A program made the translations under genes and the position numbers. This document shows, in pieces, positions 55,250 through 64,000 of a stretch of DNA of 64,000 bases. Under the pieces are notes generated by a model. That model saw only the letters and a list, made by a program, of their open reading frames with translations, did no database searches and had not been told where the DNA came from. Position 1 is the first letter of the stretch. Each line of letters starts with the position of its first letter. The stretch is from assembly GCA_964436545.1 (NCBI GenBank), contig CAYTCJ010000004.1:59368-123367 (forward strand). Direction: 5' to 3'. Source of the DNA: an uncultured Candidatus Saccharibacteria bacterium. GTDB taxonomy: Bacteria > Patescibacteriota > Doudnabacteria > UBA920.

Positions 55250-55816
55250 CTAAATTTTGGTTTTATCTTCAGGCTTAACAGCTATATGCAGGGCTTGAAT
55301 GGTAGTTTCTTCAATTAAATTAATTTCCCCTTGCTGGTCTTGTTGAGTTAAAATTGTCATTAAGTTTTGATAGGCTGTAGGTGCATGAGTTTTTAGCCAT
55401 TGAATGCCAATATCAAAGGCTCCCAGTTTTGTGTGGGTGCTATTTTTTACTGCTGGGTAGCCTTGCCGGATTAATTCTGCTTGGTATTGGGTGGTTCGGG
55501 CTAAAGAAGTTATAACTAAAAATAAATCTTTTTGGTCAGCTGGCAGTCCAGCATGCCACTTAGAACTAATTTCTTGTAATTTGGCCAAAGCCTGTGGGCT
55601 TAAAAATTTAAATTCTGTTTTTACAGTGGTAGCTAATTTATAGCCCTCGCCGGTTTCGGGAACTGCCAAAGCTTGTCCTGTTTCCTGAGCCTGTTGAATA
55701 TCTGCCAGTAATTCCATAGCCGGATAAGTCTGATACCAGTCAGCTTCTCTTTGCTGAGTTTTAATAATAGTTTCCATTTCTTCAGGTGGAGTGGTGGAGA
55801 TTTCGGCTTGAGACAT
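55250..55816 (-). CDS. DUF5715/peptidase M15-like protein
   Basis: ITSLART..Q, STHTKLGAFDI (H-x6-D), ALHIAV. Confidence 0.6.
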   Translation of the reverse strand: MSQAEISTTPPEEMETIIKTQQREADWYQTYPAMELLADIQQAQETGQALAVPETGEGYKLATTVKTEFKFLSPQALAKLQEISSKWHAGLPADQKDLFLVITSLARTTQYQAELIRQGYPAVKNSTHTKLGAFDIGIQWLKTHAPTAYQNLMTILTQQDQQGEINLIEETTIQALHIAVKPEDKTKI

Positions 55817-55817
55817 A

Positions 55818-57335
55818 TTATTTTCTCCTTAAAAATCTTTTAATAGAGAGATCTTCCAATTTTAATTCTTTAATTCTGGCAATTAAACCCGGGTCATGTT
55901 CGGTTAAGTAATGCCGGATTTTATTTCTAGCATTGTGAGTTTTGGCGGACTTGAGCCAGTCGCGAGAGATTTTAGCCGGTTGTTTGGTTTTGAGAATTTC
56001 AATTACGTCACCTTTACTAAGTTCGTCGTAAATGCTGGCCATTTTATTATTGATTTTGGCTCCCATCATGTGTAGGCCTAAGTCGGTATGCACAGCAAAA
56101 GCAAAATCAATGACCGTGGCGCCTTTGGGTAAATCTTTAATGTCGCCTTTGGGGGTGTAAACAAAAATTCGATCCGAGAAAAAATCAATTTTTAAGTTTT
56201 CTAAGAATTCTTCGGGGTTGTCGGTTTCTTCTTGCCAAGCCCTTAGTTCTTTGAGCCAATCGTTTTGTAAACCCAAAAGTTGATTTTTAGCATCTTTATG
56301 CTCGGAATAAAACCAGTGGGCTGCTACCCCTCTTTCCGCTGCTTCATCCATTAAATCTGTCCTGATTTGAATTTCAAAAATCATGTCATTTTTACAAAAC
56401 ACCGTGGTATGCAAACTTTGGTAACCATTGGGTTTAGGAGAGGAAATATAATCTTTAATTCTGCCGGGCACCGGTTTATAGTGTTCGTGAATGGCTCCTA
56501 AAGCTGAATAGCAATCGGCGGTGGAACGGGTAATTATTCTCAAAGCAACAATGTCGTAAATTTTGGCAATTTCACCCTGGTACTTTTGGATTTTTTTAAA
56601 GAGGGAGTAAGGGCGTTTGACCCGACCCTTAACTTCTAAAAATTTTATACTTTGTTGTTTTAAAGTTTGGGCCAAACTTTTTTCCATAATTTTTAAGTTT
56701 TCTTGACGTTTTTCCAGCTCAGCTTTAAGTAAATTCTGCATTAGCTTATAATTGTCTGAGTCAACAATTTTAAAAGCCAAGTCTTCCAGTTCGTCTTTCC
56801 ATGTCCCTATGCCCAGACGACCGGCAATGGGCGCATAAATTTCCAAAGTTTCTTTGGCAATTTTTATTTGTTTCTCTGGCGGAATAAATTCCAAAGTGCG
56901 CATATTATGCAAACGATCGGCTAGTTTGATTAAAATCACCCGAACGTCTTTGCTGGTGGCTAAAAAGAGTTTTCTTAAATTTTCCACGTAAAATTTATCT
57001 TGACTGTTTTTCATTCTCACATGCCCAAGTTGAGTTACACCATCTACTAAGTGGCTGATTTCTTCTCCAAATTCGGCTTTAATAGTTTCTAAAGACACCG
57101 AGGTATCTTCGGGCACATCGTGCATGAGGGTGGCAGATAGAGTGGGGGGGTCGGGAAAAATTTGGCCTAAGATGATGGAAGCTTGTTTGCAATGTTCAAA
57201 ATAATCTTCCCCGCTTTTACGTTTTTGACCTTTATGGGCGTTATGTGCCAAATCAAAAGCACGCATAATCAAATCTTCTTGGGCTGGGGTAAACTTATGC
57301 GGTATGGCTTTGATATAGGTTTTAAATTGGTTCAT
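55818..57335 (-). CDS. RelA/SpoT (p)ppGpp synthetase/hydrolase, ending shortly after TGS
   Basis: HKGQKRKSG, HDVPEDT, IKLADRLHNMRTL, KPNGYQSLHT, EIQIRT, TGS (DFAFAVHT). Confidence 0.95.
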   Translation of the reverse strand: MNQFKTYIKAIPHKFTPAQEDLIMRAFDLAHNAHKGQKRKSGEDYFEHCKQASIILGQIFPDPPTLSATLMHDVPEDTSVSLETIKAEFGEEISHLVDGVTQLGHVRMKNSQDKFYVENLRKLFLATSKDVRVILIKLADRLHNMRTLEFIPPEKQIKIAKETLEIYAPIAGRLGIGTWKDELEDLAFKIVDSDNYKLMQNLLKAELEKRQENLKIMEKSLAQTLKQQSIKFLEVKGRVKRPYSLFKKIQKYQGEIAKIYDIVALRIITRSTADCYSALGAIHEHYKPVPGRIKDYISSPKPNGYQSLHTTVFCKNDMIFEIQIRTDLMDEAAERGVAAHWFYSEHKDAKNQLLGLQNDWLKELRAWQEETDNPEEFLENLKIDFFSDRIFVYTPKGDIKDLPKGATVIDFAFAVHTDLGLHMMGAKINNKMASIYDELSKGDVIEILKTKQPAKISRDWLKSAKTHNARNKIRHYLTEHDPGLIARIKELKLEDLSIKRFLRRK

Positions 57336-57466
57336 ATGGGTATTATATCAGGCAATAATGTAGGCGAAAAGATGTTATAATGTGAATATTAAAAATAAAA
57401 ATGACAAAAGCGACGAAAATAATTTTTTTCATTTATGTCAATTTTGTCATTTTTGATCATTGAGTT

Positions 57467-58393
57467 ATGCCCGAATTACCCGAAGTAGAAACCGTGGCCA
57501 GAGAATTGCACAAAAAATTAAAAAACCGAGTGATTCAGTCGGTCTGGGTTAGGGCGCCTAAAATGGTGAGTGTGGGTCCGGCTACTTTACCACCTAAGCG
57601 GATAAGTAGCGGTTTCCAGGTAACAAAATTTGTTCAAGCTCTTCAAGGTAAAAATATTTTACAAGTTAAACGGAGAGCTAAGGTATTAATTTTTAAATTA
57701 TCTGACGGTTTATTTTTGCTTGTACATTTAAAAATGACCGGTCAATTTATTTTTGAAGATAAACAGCTTCGGGCACAAACGCAAGGCAAGTATCGGTTGT
57801 TGAATAAAGCCAATGCTCCGTTGGTAAGTTTGCCGAGTAAACATACACACGTGATTTTTAATTTTCCAGATGCCTCCACATTATTTTTTAACGATGTTAG
57901 AAAATTTGGGTATTTAAAGTTAGTTAACCGGTACGAATTTGCTCAAGTTAAAGAATTAAACATATTTGGGCCAGAGCCTTTAGAACCAAATTTTACAGCC
58001 TTGAAGTTTTTGCAAATTCTCAAGCGGTATCCACGGAGAAAAATCAAAGAGGTTTTGGTAGATCCCACTGTCGTGGCGGGGATTGGGAATATTTATAGTG
58101 ACGAGATCTTGTTTTTAGCCGGAATTAGACCGGCTAGGCGGGTATTAAGTATAAAGGTTAATGAATTAAAGCAAATCTATAAGTATATAAAAGTAGTTTT
58201 AAAACAAGGGATTAGAGCAAAAGGTTCCAGTGTGGGGGAATACGTTAGAACCGATGGTTCTTGGGGTCAAATGGGTAAATTTCACTTCGTTTATGGCCGA
58301 AAGGGGCAGAAATGCAAAAAATGTGGTAGCATAATAGCAAGCCTCAAGTTAGGTGGCCGAACCGGCAGTTTTTGTCCTAAATGCCAGAGATAG
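57467..58393 (+). CDS. mutM: formamidopyrimidine-DNA glycosylase
   Basis: MPELPEVET, HLKMTG, DVRKFG, GIGNIYSDE, C-terminal zinc finger. Confidence 0.97.
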   Translation: MPELPEVETVARELHKKLKNRVIQSVWVRAPKMVSVGPATLPPKRISSGFQVTKFVQALQGKNILQVKRRAKVLIFKLSDGLFLLVHLKMTGQFIFEDKQLRAQTQGKYRLLNKANAPLVSLPSKHTHVIFNFPDASTLFFNDVRKFGYLKLVNRYEFAQVKELNIFGPEPLEPNFTALKFLQILKRYPRRKIKEVLVDPTVVAGIGNIYSDEILFLAGIRPARRVLSIKVNELKQIYKYIKVVLKQGIRAKGSSVGEYVRTDGSWGQMGKFHFVYGRKGQKCKKCGSIIASLKLGGRTGSFCPKCQR

Positions 58394-58452
58394 TGAGAAA
58401 AGTATGAATTTGGAATTAAGAATTATGAATAAAAATTAAAAAAATAAATTCT

Positions 58453-58647
58453 ATGGAAAATCAAAATATATCTGCCGATGAAGTGTTAAGACAAATTTTA
58501 GAGAATACGCAAAAGACCAAAAAATATATGCAATGGCAATTTTATGTAACTATTGTATTGGTGGTGTTGCCCATTCTGGCCATGGTATTTATTTTGCCGT
58601 CGATTTTAAGTAATTTAGGGAGTGTGTATGGCGGAGCGTTGCAGTAA
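58453..58647 (+). CDS. small single-TM protein
   Basis: 64 aa with clear hydrophobic helix, in operon orientation. Confidence 0.6.
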   Translation: MENQNISADEVLRQILENTQKTKKYMQWQFYVTIVLVVLPILAMVFILPSILSNLGSVYGGALQ

Positions 58648-58717
58648 ACATTCTAACCTGTTAACAGATAACAATTGTTAGAATGATAGGATGTTAAAAT
58701 GATAAAATGTTAAATCT

Positions 58718-59065
58718 ATGACCAATGAAAAATGGGAACAATTAGTGGAAATGATTAAACAAAATTTTACTCAGGTAAGAGAGTGGCAAGAGGATATTAT
58801 TTTAGAAACCGAAGATGGTCGGGAAAAGCTGGGTGTGAAGGAAATTGTGGAATTTCTTCATCCAACCAGAATTAATTATCGGTTAGTAAGAGAGAGTCGT
58901 CCGTTGGTGCTGGAAAAAAAAGAACATTTTTCTCATCGAATGGGGGATACTGCCCGAGTGGAGTATAAACATTCCCAAACGGAATTTACCCATAAGCTAA
59001 AAGTGTATAAAGAAAGTAATTTTGACGAGTGGGAGGAGATAACTTTAGATCGGTTAGGTTTATAG
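58718..59065 (+). CDS. hypothetical protein
   Basis: 115-aa ORF abutting the next gene. Confidence 0.65.
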   Translation: MTNEKWEQLVEMIKQNFTQVREWQEDIILETEDGREKLGVKEIVEFLHPTRINYRLVRESRPLVLEKKEHFSHRMGDTARVEYKHSQTEFTHKLKVYKESNFDEWEEITLDRLGL

Positions 59066-60001
59066 ATGAATCAATTTATGCTTAAAGCTAGAATTCTATC
59101 TACCCTGCGTTTTTTTGATTTGCAAGAGATTCCTTTAACCTGGTTGGAACTTCACCGGTTTTTATTGGCGGATTGGGCTTCAATGCATGCCCATCAAAAT
59201 GAAGAGTATGAATTTGTGGCTGGGGAGAATATGGTTAATTCAGGCGCGCTAGTTGAGCCGGCTGAGATTTTAGCATGTATTGAGACCGAGTGCCAAACAG
59301 AATTGGCTTACGTTTTAGGTTATTATTGTTTGGCAGGCAGGGAAGATTTGTGTATTCGGCGTTGGAAAAATTATCCTTACGGTGTGTTTAGAGAAAGAAG
59401 AATTAGTAAGTTTGTTCCGTGGTTAAAACATTTTCCATTTATTCGGGCTGTGGCTTTGGGGGGGAGCCAAGCTTTAGGTCAACCGAAAAGATCTTCGGAT
59501 ATTGATTTGTTAATTGTGGTTAAACCCGGGTTTTTGTGGTTGGTGAGGACAATGGTAAGTTTGTATTTCCAAATTTTAGGTTTACGTCGGCATGGTAAAA
59601 AAATTGCCAATCGCTTTTGTTTAAATCATTATATTGCCGAACAGAAAGTAGTGGACCGAGAAAGAAATTTATACAAGGCCATGGAATATATTAGGCTTAG
59701 ACCTTTGGTTTATCCGCAAGGGTTAAGGGAGTTTTTAAAGCCGAATGAATTTTGGCTCAGGGCTTTTTTGCCCAATTGGCGCATGGATACGGGGTGTGAG
59801 TTGCCGAGTAAGTGGCAAAAATTTTTAGAGTGGGCGTTAGATAATGTTGTGGGCAGAAGTTTGAATTATGGCTTGGGTGTTGGACAAAAATTAAAAATCA
59901 GACAAGATGAATTTACTTTTGTCTTGTCCGATGAATTATCGTTTCATCCTCAGAGCCAGCATAAAACTTTATTGCACAATTTTTTTAAATCGGTTAACTA
60001 A
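59066..60001 (+). CDS. nucleotidyltransferase-fold protein
   Basis: GGSQA..SSDIDLLIV (GS-x-DxD) and RFCLNHY. Confidence 0.75.
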   Translation: MNQFMLKARILSTLRFFDLQEIPLTWLELHRFLLADWASMHAHQNEEYEFVAGENMVNSGALVEPAEILACIETECQTELAYVLGYYCLAGREDLCIRRWKNYPYGVFRERRISKFVPWLKHFPFIRAVALGGSQALGQPKRSSDIDLLIVVKPGFLWLVRTMVSLYFQILGLRRHGKKIANRFCLNHYIAEQKVVDRERNLYKAMEYIRLRPLVYPQGLREFLKPNEFWLRAFLPNWRMDTGCELPSKWQKFLEWALDNVVGRSLNYGLGVGQKLKIRQDEFTFVLSDELSFHPQSQHKTLLHNFFKSVN

Positions 60002-60732
60002 CGAGTAAACTCCATTAAAATAAAGATTGGGAATTGATTTAATCGAAAAGCTAAATTGTAAGTAGCGGTTTTTTCTTTTACATAAATATCTTGTATGTGA
60101 GAGAGTTTAAATCCGGCTGAGGTAAATGTATTAATCTGCTCAGGGAGAGTGTAAAAATAAGAGGTTAGGTGGTTATTTGCCCATCTAAATTCTCGGTTGG
60201 ACTTAGTGGCCCAAGGTACATAGGGTGTAAGGGTTAATTGTGGTGGGCGCTTAAAAAGTTTACTCCAAAAGGTGTGTTTCCATTCGCCGACGGGAAAACC
60301 ATAGTAAGGGTTTACAGCCATGAGGAGTAGTCGTTTATCTAAAATGCGATACATTTCTTGAGCTAACTGATGGAGATTTTTTATATCTAACACTGAGACA
60401 TTAAAAATGCCGGTTTCAAATTGGTGTGGGGTAAAAGGTAGGGGAGAATTTAAATCCACTGTTTGAAACTGAATATGCGGATAGTTTTGGTTAGCAAGTT
60501 TTATTAGTTCTTTAGAAATATCACAGCCCATTACTGAATAGCCGTGCGAGGTAAGTAAATTACTTAGCCAGCCATTGCCACAACCCGCGTCTAAAATAGT
60601 GGAAGTGGGCTGAGTGTTTAAGCGAGCTAAAATTTGGTTAGAGAGGGTTGACTGAAAAATTTGCCCGTCCGGAGACTTAATAAAGTCTAAGTAACTTTGA
60701 ATACCTTGTGGAGTTTGGTAAGTAGAATTCAT
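59998..60732 (-). CDS. class I SAM-dependent methyltransferase
   Basis: ILDAGCGNG, GCDIS, LPF. Confidence 0.88.
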   Translation of the reverse strand: MNSTYQTPQGIQSYLDFIKSPDGQIFQSTLSNQILARLNTQPTSTILDAGCGNGWLSNLLTSHGYSVMGCDISKELIKLANQNYPHIQFQTVDLNSPLPFTPHQFETGIFNVSVLDIKNLHQLAQEMYRILDKRLLLMAVNPYYGFPVGEWKHTFWSKLFKRPPQLTLTPYVPWATKSNREFRWANNHLTSYFYTLPEQINTFTSAGFKLSHIQDIYVKEKTATYNLAFRLNQFPIFILMEFTR

Positions 60733-60770
60733 AAGACAATTATAGCACCAATTTTCTTAAGCAAATAGCA

Positions 60771-60810
60771 TTATCACTCCTCTTGACAGAGTGATAAGAT
60801 TGTATATAAT
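60771..60810 (+). promoter_or_regulatory. CIRCE-like operator overlapping groESL promoter
   Basis: TTATCACTC-N9-GAGTGATAA (60771-60797); TTGACA in the spacer; TATAAT at 60805. Confidence 0.8.
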
Positions 60811-60888
60811 GCATAAGCAATCATTAATTAACGGACCTAAATTTACGAATACACCTGTTCGAATTATTTGGGTCATAGGGACTAGAAT

Positions 60889-61194
60889 ATGAAAATCAAA
60901 CCAATGGGTAACCGAGTCTTGGTAAAACAAGAGAGTCAAGAAGAAGTTACCAAATCGGGTATAGTTTTACCCGATACCGCAGACAAAGAAAAAAAAGCCA
61001 TTGGCGTAATTGTCGCTTTGGGGACTGGGGCGGAAATTAGCCAGTTGGGTTTAAAAATTGGCGATAAAGTGGTGTTTGGTAAATATGCCGGCGATGAAGT
61101 AGAAGTAGATGAAGAGGGTAAAAAACAAGAATATAAAGTTTTAAATGTGGGTAAAGAAAAAGACGATAGCGATGTCTTGGCAATAATAGAATAA
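60889..61194 (+). CDS. groES: co-chaperonin GroES
   Basis: IKPMGNRVLV, TKSGIVLPDTA, GDKVVFGKYAG. Confidence 0.97.
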   Translation: MKIKPMGNRVLVKQESQEEVTKSGIVLPDTADKEKKAIGVIVALGTGAEISQLGLKIGDKVVFGKYAGDEVEVDEEGKKQEYKVLNVGKEKDDSDVLAIIE

Positions 61195-61306
61195 TCATTA
61201 ACACGGATCTACGGATTTAACACGGATCTACGGATTCCTACGGATTGAATTTATATCAGTAGGCATCGGTAAATCAGTAAGTTATCGGTAGATCAGAATT
61301 ATATTT

Positions 61307-62977
61307 ATGTCAAAAATTATCAAATACGGCTTTGAAGCCAAACAGGCCATTGCAAATGGCGTAAATAAAGCAGCGAATGCCATTAAGGTGACTTTGGGTC
61401 CCACGGGTAAAGCTGTCATTTTACATAAAACTTTTGGGAGCCCCACCATTACTGACGATGGCGTCACCGTGGCCAAAGATATTGAATTGGAAGACAAGTT
61501 TGAGAATATCGGCGCTTCTTTAATTCAAGAAGTGGCGAATAAAACCAACGAAGAAGCCGGTGATGGCACTACCACCGCTACCGTGTTAGCTCAAAAAATG
61601 ATTGAAACGGCTTTTGAAGCTGCGGCTTTGGCCAGCACTCAGGCTAATGAAATTAAAAAAGGCATGGACAGCGCAGTAAAATTTGTGGTGGAAAATTTAC
61701 GCAAAGTTAAAAAAGAAGTTAAAACCAAGGAAGAAGTTCAGCAAGTGGCCACCATTGCTTCGTTAGATAGCGAAGTCGGAAAATTAATTGCCGAAGCTAT
61801 GGAAGAAGTGGGTCACGATGGCGTAATTACCGTGGAAGAAGGTCAGACCACGGGACTGGAAAAAGAAGTGGTTAAAGGGATGCGCTTTGATAAGGGTTAT
61901 GTGAATCCGTATATGGTGACGAATGCGGAAAGGATGGAAGCGGTGTGGGAAAATCCTTACATTTTAATTACCGATAAAAAAGTGGCAAGTGTGCAAGAGG
62001 TCTTGCCGGTTTTAGAAAAGGTGGCGCAAAGCGGAAAAAAAGAATTGGTGATTATTGCGGACGAAGTGGAAGGCGAAGCTTTGGCAACTTTTGTGGTCAA
62101 CAAACTGCGTGGCACTTTTAGCGTTTTGGCGGTTAAGGCTCCGGGCTTTGGCGATAGACGCAAAGAAATGCTTCAGGATATTGCCGTATTAACCGGCGGA
62201 CAAGTAATTACGGAGGAAATGGGACTTAAGTTAGACGCAACTTCGTTAAACCAATTGGGTAAAGCGAGGAAAGTGATTGCCACCAAAGAGCATACCACCA
62301 TTGTCGATGGTCAGGGCGATAAAAAGAACATTGAAGATAGAGTCAATCAAATTAAGAATGAATTTAAAAATTCTACTTCCGATTACGACAAGGAAAAATT
62401 GCAAGAACGTTTGGCGCGCTTAGCCGGTGGGGTAGGGGTAATTAAAGTGGGTGCTTTTACGGAAACCGAAATGAAAGCCAAAAAATTTAAAATTGAAGAT
62501 GCGCTGAATGCCACTAAGGCTGCGGTAGAAGAAGGAATTGTGGCCGGAGGTGGTTCGGCGTTAGTGAAAATTGCCCCAACTTTAGATGCGGAAATGGCTA
62601 AAATTTCCGGAGCCCAAAGAACGGGTTATAAAATTGTAAAGAAAGCTTTGGAAGCGCCTTTAAGACAAATTGCGGAAAATTCCGGTGTGGAACCTACCGG
62701 CATTATTAGCTATATCCAAAAAGCTTCCGGACAGGCTGGGTATGATTTTACCAAATACGAAGAGTCTAATTGGGAACAGGGGAAAGTGGAAGATATGATG
62801 AAAGCCGGCATTGTGGATCCGCTGAAAGTTACTCGCTTGGCTTTAGAGCATGCGGTGTCCATTGCTTCCACTTTAGTCACTACCGAAGCCATTGTGGCAG
62901 ATAAACCTGAATCTAAGACTCCGGCTCCAGCTATGGGTGGCGGTATGCCTGGTGGAATGGGTGGAATGGATTACTAG
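61307..62977 (+). CDS. groEL: chaperonin GroEL
   Basis: [36 protein letters not shown] tail. Confidence 0.99.
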   Translation: MSKIIKYGFEAKQAIANGVNKAANAIKVTLGPTGKAVILHKTFGSPTITDDGVTVAKDIELEDKFENIGASLIQEVANKTNEEAGDGTTTATVLAQKMIETAFEAAALASTQANEIKKGMDSAVKFVVENLRKVKKEVKTKEEVQQVATIASLDSEVGKLIAEAMEEVGHDGVITVEEGQTTGLEKEVVKGMRFDKGYVNPYMVTNAERMEAVWENPYILITDKKVASVQEVLPVLEKVAQSGKKELVIIADEVEGEALATFVVNKLRGTFSVLAVKAPGFGDRRKEMLQDIAVLTGGQVITEEMGLKLDATSLNQLGKARKVIATKEHTTIVDGQGDKKNIEDRVNQIKNEFKNSTSDYDKEKLQERLARLAGGVGVIKVGAFTETEMKAKKFKIEDALNATKAAVEEGIVAGGGSALVKIAPTLDAEMAKISGAQRTGYKIVKKALEAPLRQIAENSGVEPTGIISYIQKASGQAGYDFTKYEESNWEQGKVEDMMKAGIVDPLKVTRLALEHAVSIASTLVTTEAIVADKPESKTPAPAMGGGMPGGMGGMDY

Positions 62978-63034
62978 AAACGCGGAATTGACGCTGAATA
63001 AAGAAACGCTGAATATACGCGGAAAATTATATAG

Positions 63035-63068
63035 AAACCCCTCGGACTTTTAAAAGTCCGAGGGGTTT
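63035..63068 (+). terminator. intrinsic terminator
   Basis: AAACCCCTCGGACTTTT/AAAAGTCCGAGGGGTTT. Confidence 0.75.
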
Positions 63069-63082
63069 GGTATTATGGGCAT

Positions 63083-63403
63083 ATGTCATATAAGCCAAGA
63101 AGATTACAAGGTCAACCTGAACCAAAAGACTTACCTAATGTAGAAGCGTCTTTAGATTTGTCTAATCCAGATTCTGAATTAAGGAGAAAACTTGTTAGTA
63201 AAACACTAGAATTAGCAAATAATTTAGTTACAGCCACAGCAGAAAGTGAAAGTCGTTTAATTACTAATTTTCAAGCTTATTTTGATAGCTTGAATTCAAA
63301 TACCGCAGTTTTAATGCACATAATTGATGAAGAAATTAGTAAAAATCCAAATTTAGCTCAACAATTAAAGCAAATCAAACTAAGTTACAATAAACCTGAT
63401 TAA
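63083..63403 (+). CDS. hypothetical protein
   Basis: 106-aa AT-rich ORF. Confidence 0.55.
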   Translation: MSYKPRRLQGQPEPKDLPNVEASLDLSNPDSELRRKLVSKTLELANNLVTATAESESRLITNFQAYFDSLNSNTAVLMHIIDEEISKNPNLAQQLKQIKLSYNKPD

Positions 63404-63795
63404 ATAATTTTCTTTTAAATAAGCCAGATTCTAACCGCCTTTAATGCTTGACAAATGGGCGGTTTTAGTTTACAATGTTTGGTCGTGTTAAAAAGCGCAC
63501 ATTTTTATGGTTCTGGTTATTTGTTGTAAATTATCAGTTATTAGTTATTAGTAAAAACCTATGCTCCTAATTTCGCCTAAATCGGATTGGGGGCGCTAAA
63601 TAGCCGTGAACAAGAACAATATTACTTTGGTTCTCCTGTCCACGGTTTTTTTGCGCCTTTTTTGGTTTTTATGCTAGTATGGGTTTTAAATATAGTCGCT
63701 TGCCAAATTTATTTGTTTAGAATTAGTATCTTATAAATAAGATATGGATTCCCGCTTTCGCGGGAATGACAGAAGAGCAAATTTGGGAGGTGACT

Positions 63796-63942
63796 ATGGT
63801 CACAGCTTTGTACATTTTTGGTTTTCTCGCGGGACTATGTGTCGCGAGCGTGTTGTGCGTCTTGGTCGTCGCCGGCGTTTACGCATGGCGGCGACGCAAG
63901 GTCCCTTGGCGGATTGACATCCGTCTTGGGTCGGGCAACTAG
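63796..63942 (+). CDS. 48-aa single-TM small protein, GC-rich
   Basis: GGGAGGTGA SD; MVTALYIFGFLAGLCVASVLCVLVVAGVYAWRRRKVPWRIDIRLGSGN; not in ORF track. Confidence 0.65.
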   Translation: MVTALYIFGFLAGLCVASVLCVLVVAGVYAWRRRKVPWRIDIRLGSGN

Positions 63943-63972
63943 CCCCATCTTGGGGCAGAAAGGAGGTGAAAA

Positions 63973-64000
63973 ATGGACATCGGTTTTTTTGCCGGCGTGG
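63973..64000 (+). CDS. start of another SD-led ORF (MDIGFFAGV...), truncated by window
   Basis: AAAGGAGGTGA SD before ATG. Confidence 0.5.

Noticed and set aside
573-62892. Long antisense ORFs over dnaK, der, ftsA, ftsZ, comEC and groEL
   Set aside because: Ordinary reverse-frame shadows of conserved genes
1-64000. Alternative genetic code (TGA or TAG recoding)
   Set aside because: Core genes are full-length in code 11 and end at TAA, TAG and TGA (ftsZ TGA; dnaK and groEL TAG)

Overview
AT-rich bacterial chromosomal segment. Gene content and style (lepB-hisS-like-hinT-rpsU-YqeY-ftsA block, DUF5663-like and DUF4430/DUF6580-like genes, pilin, dprA, comEC, mostly Shine-Dalgarno-less starts) suggest a Patescibacteria/CPR genome; this is inference. 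The backbone carries dnaK-dnaJ, a MacAB-like ABC exporter, ndh, topA, dprA, pth, der, ftsA/ftsZ, an nrdR-nrdJ-cobO B12 cluster, comEC, ndk, relA/spoT, mutM and groES-groEL, plus tRNA-Lys and tRNA-Val. Six things stand out. (1) An ~11.8 kb island splits ftsA from ftsZ; in it, GC-rich genes for membrane/secreted proteins with strong SD sites alternate with one AT-rich repeat family, and a foreign-looking purC plus two or three tiny unannotated ORFs elsewhere share the same expression signature. (2) Three tRNA-Val copies are nested inside one another through inverted-repeat elements. (3) Several palindromic repeat families sit in-frame inside conserved proteins. (4) There is a G-U-rich rod-shaped ncRNA candidate (6S-like). 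(5) A 1775-aa protein has an internal glycosyltransferase-like domain. (6) A gene is bounded by a 42-bp duplication that captured its neighbour's start. All calls come from reading the sequence and ORF track; no database searches were run.
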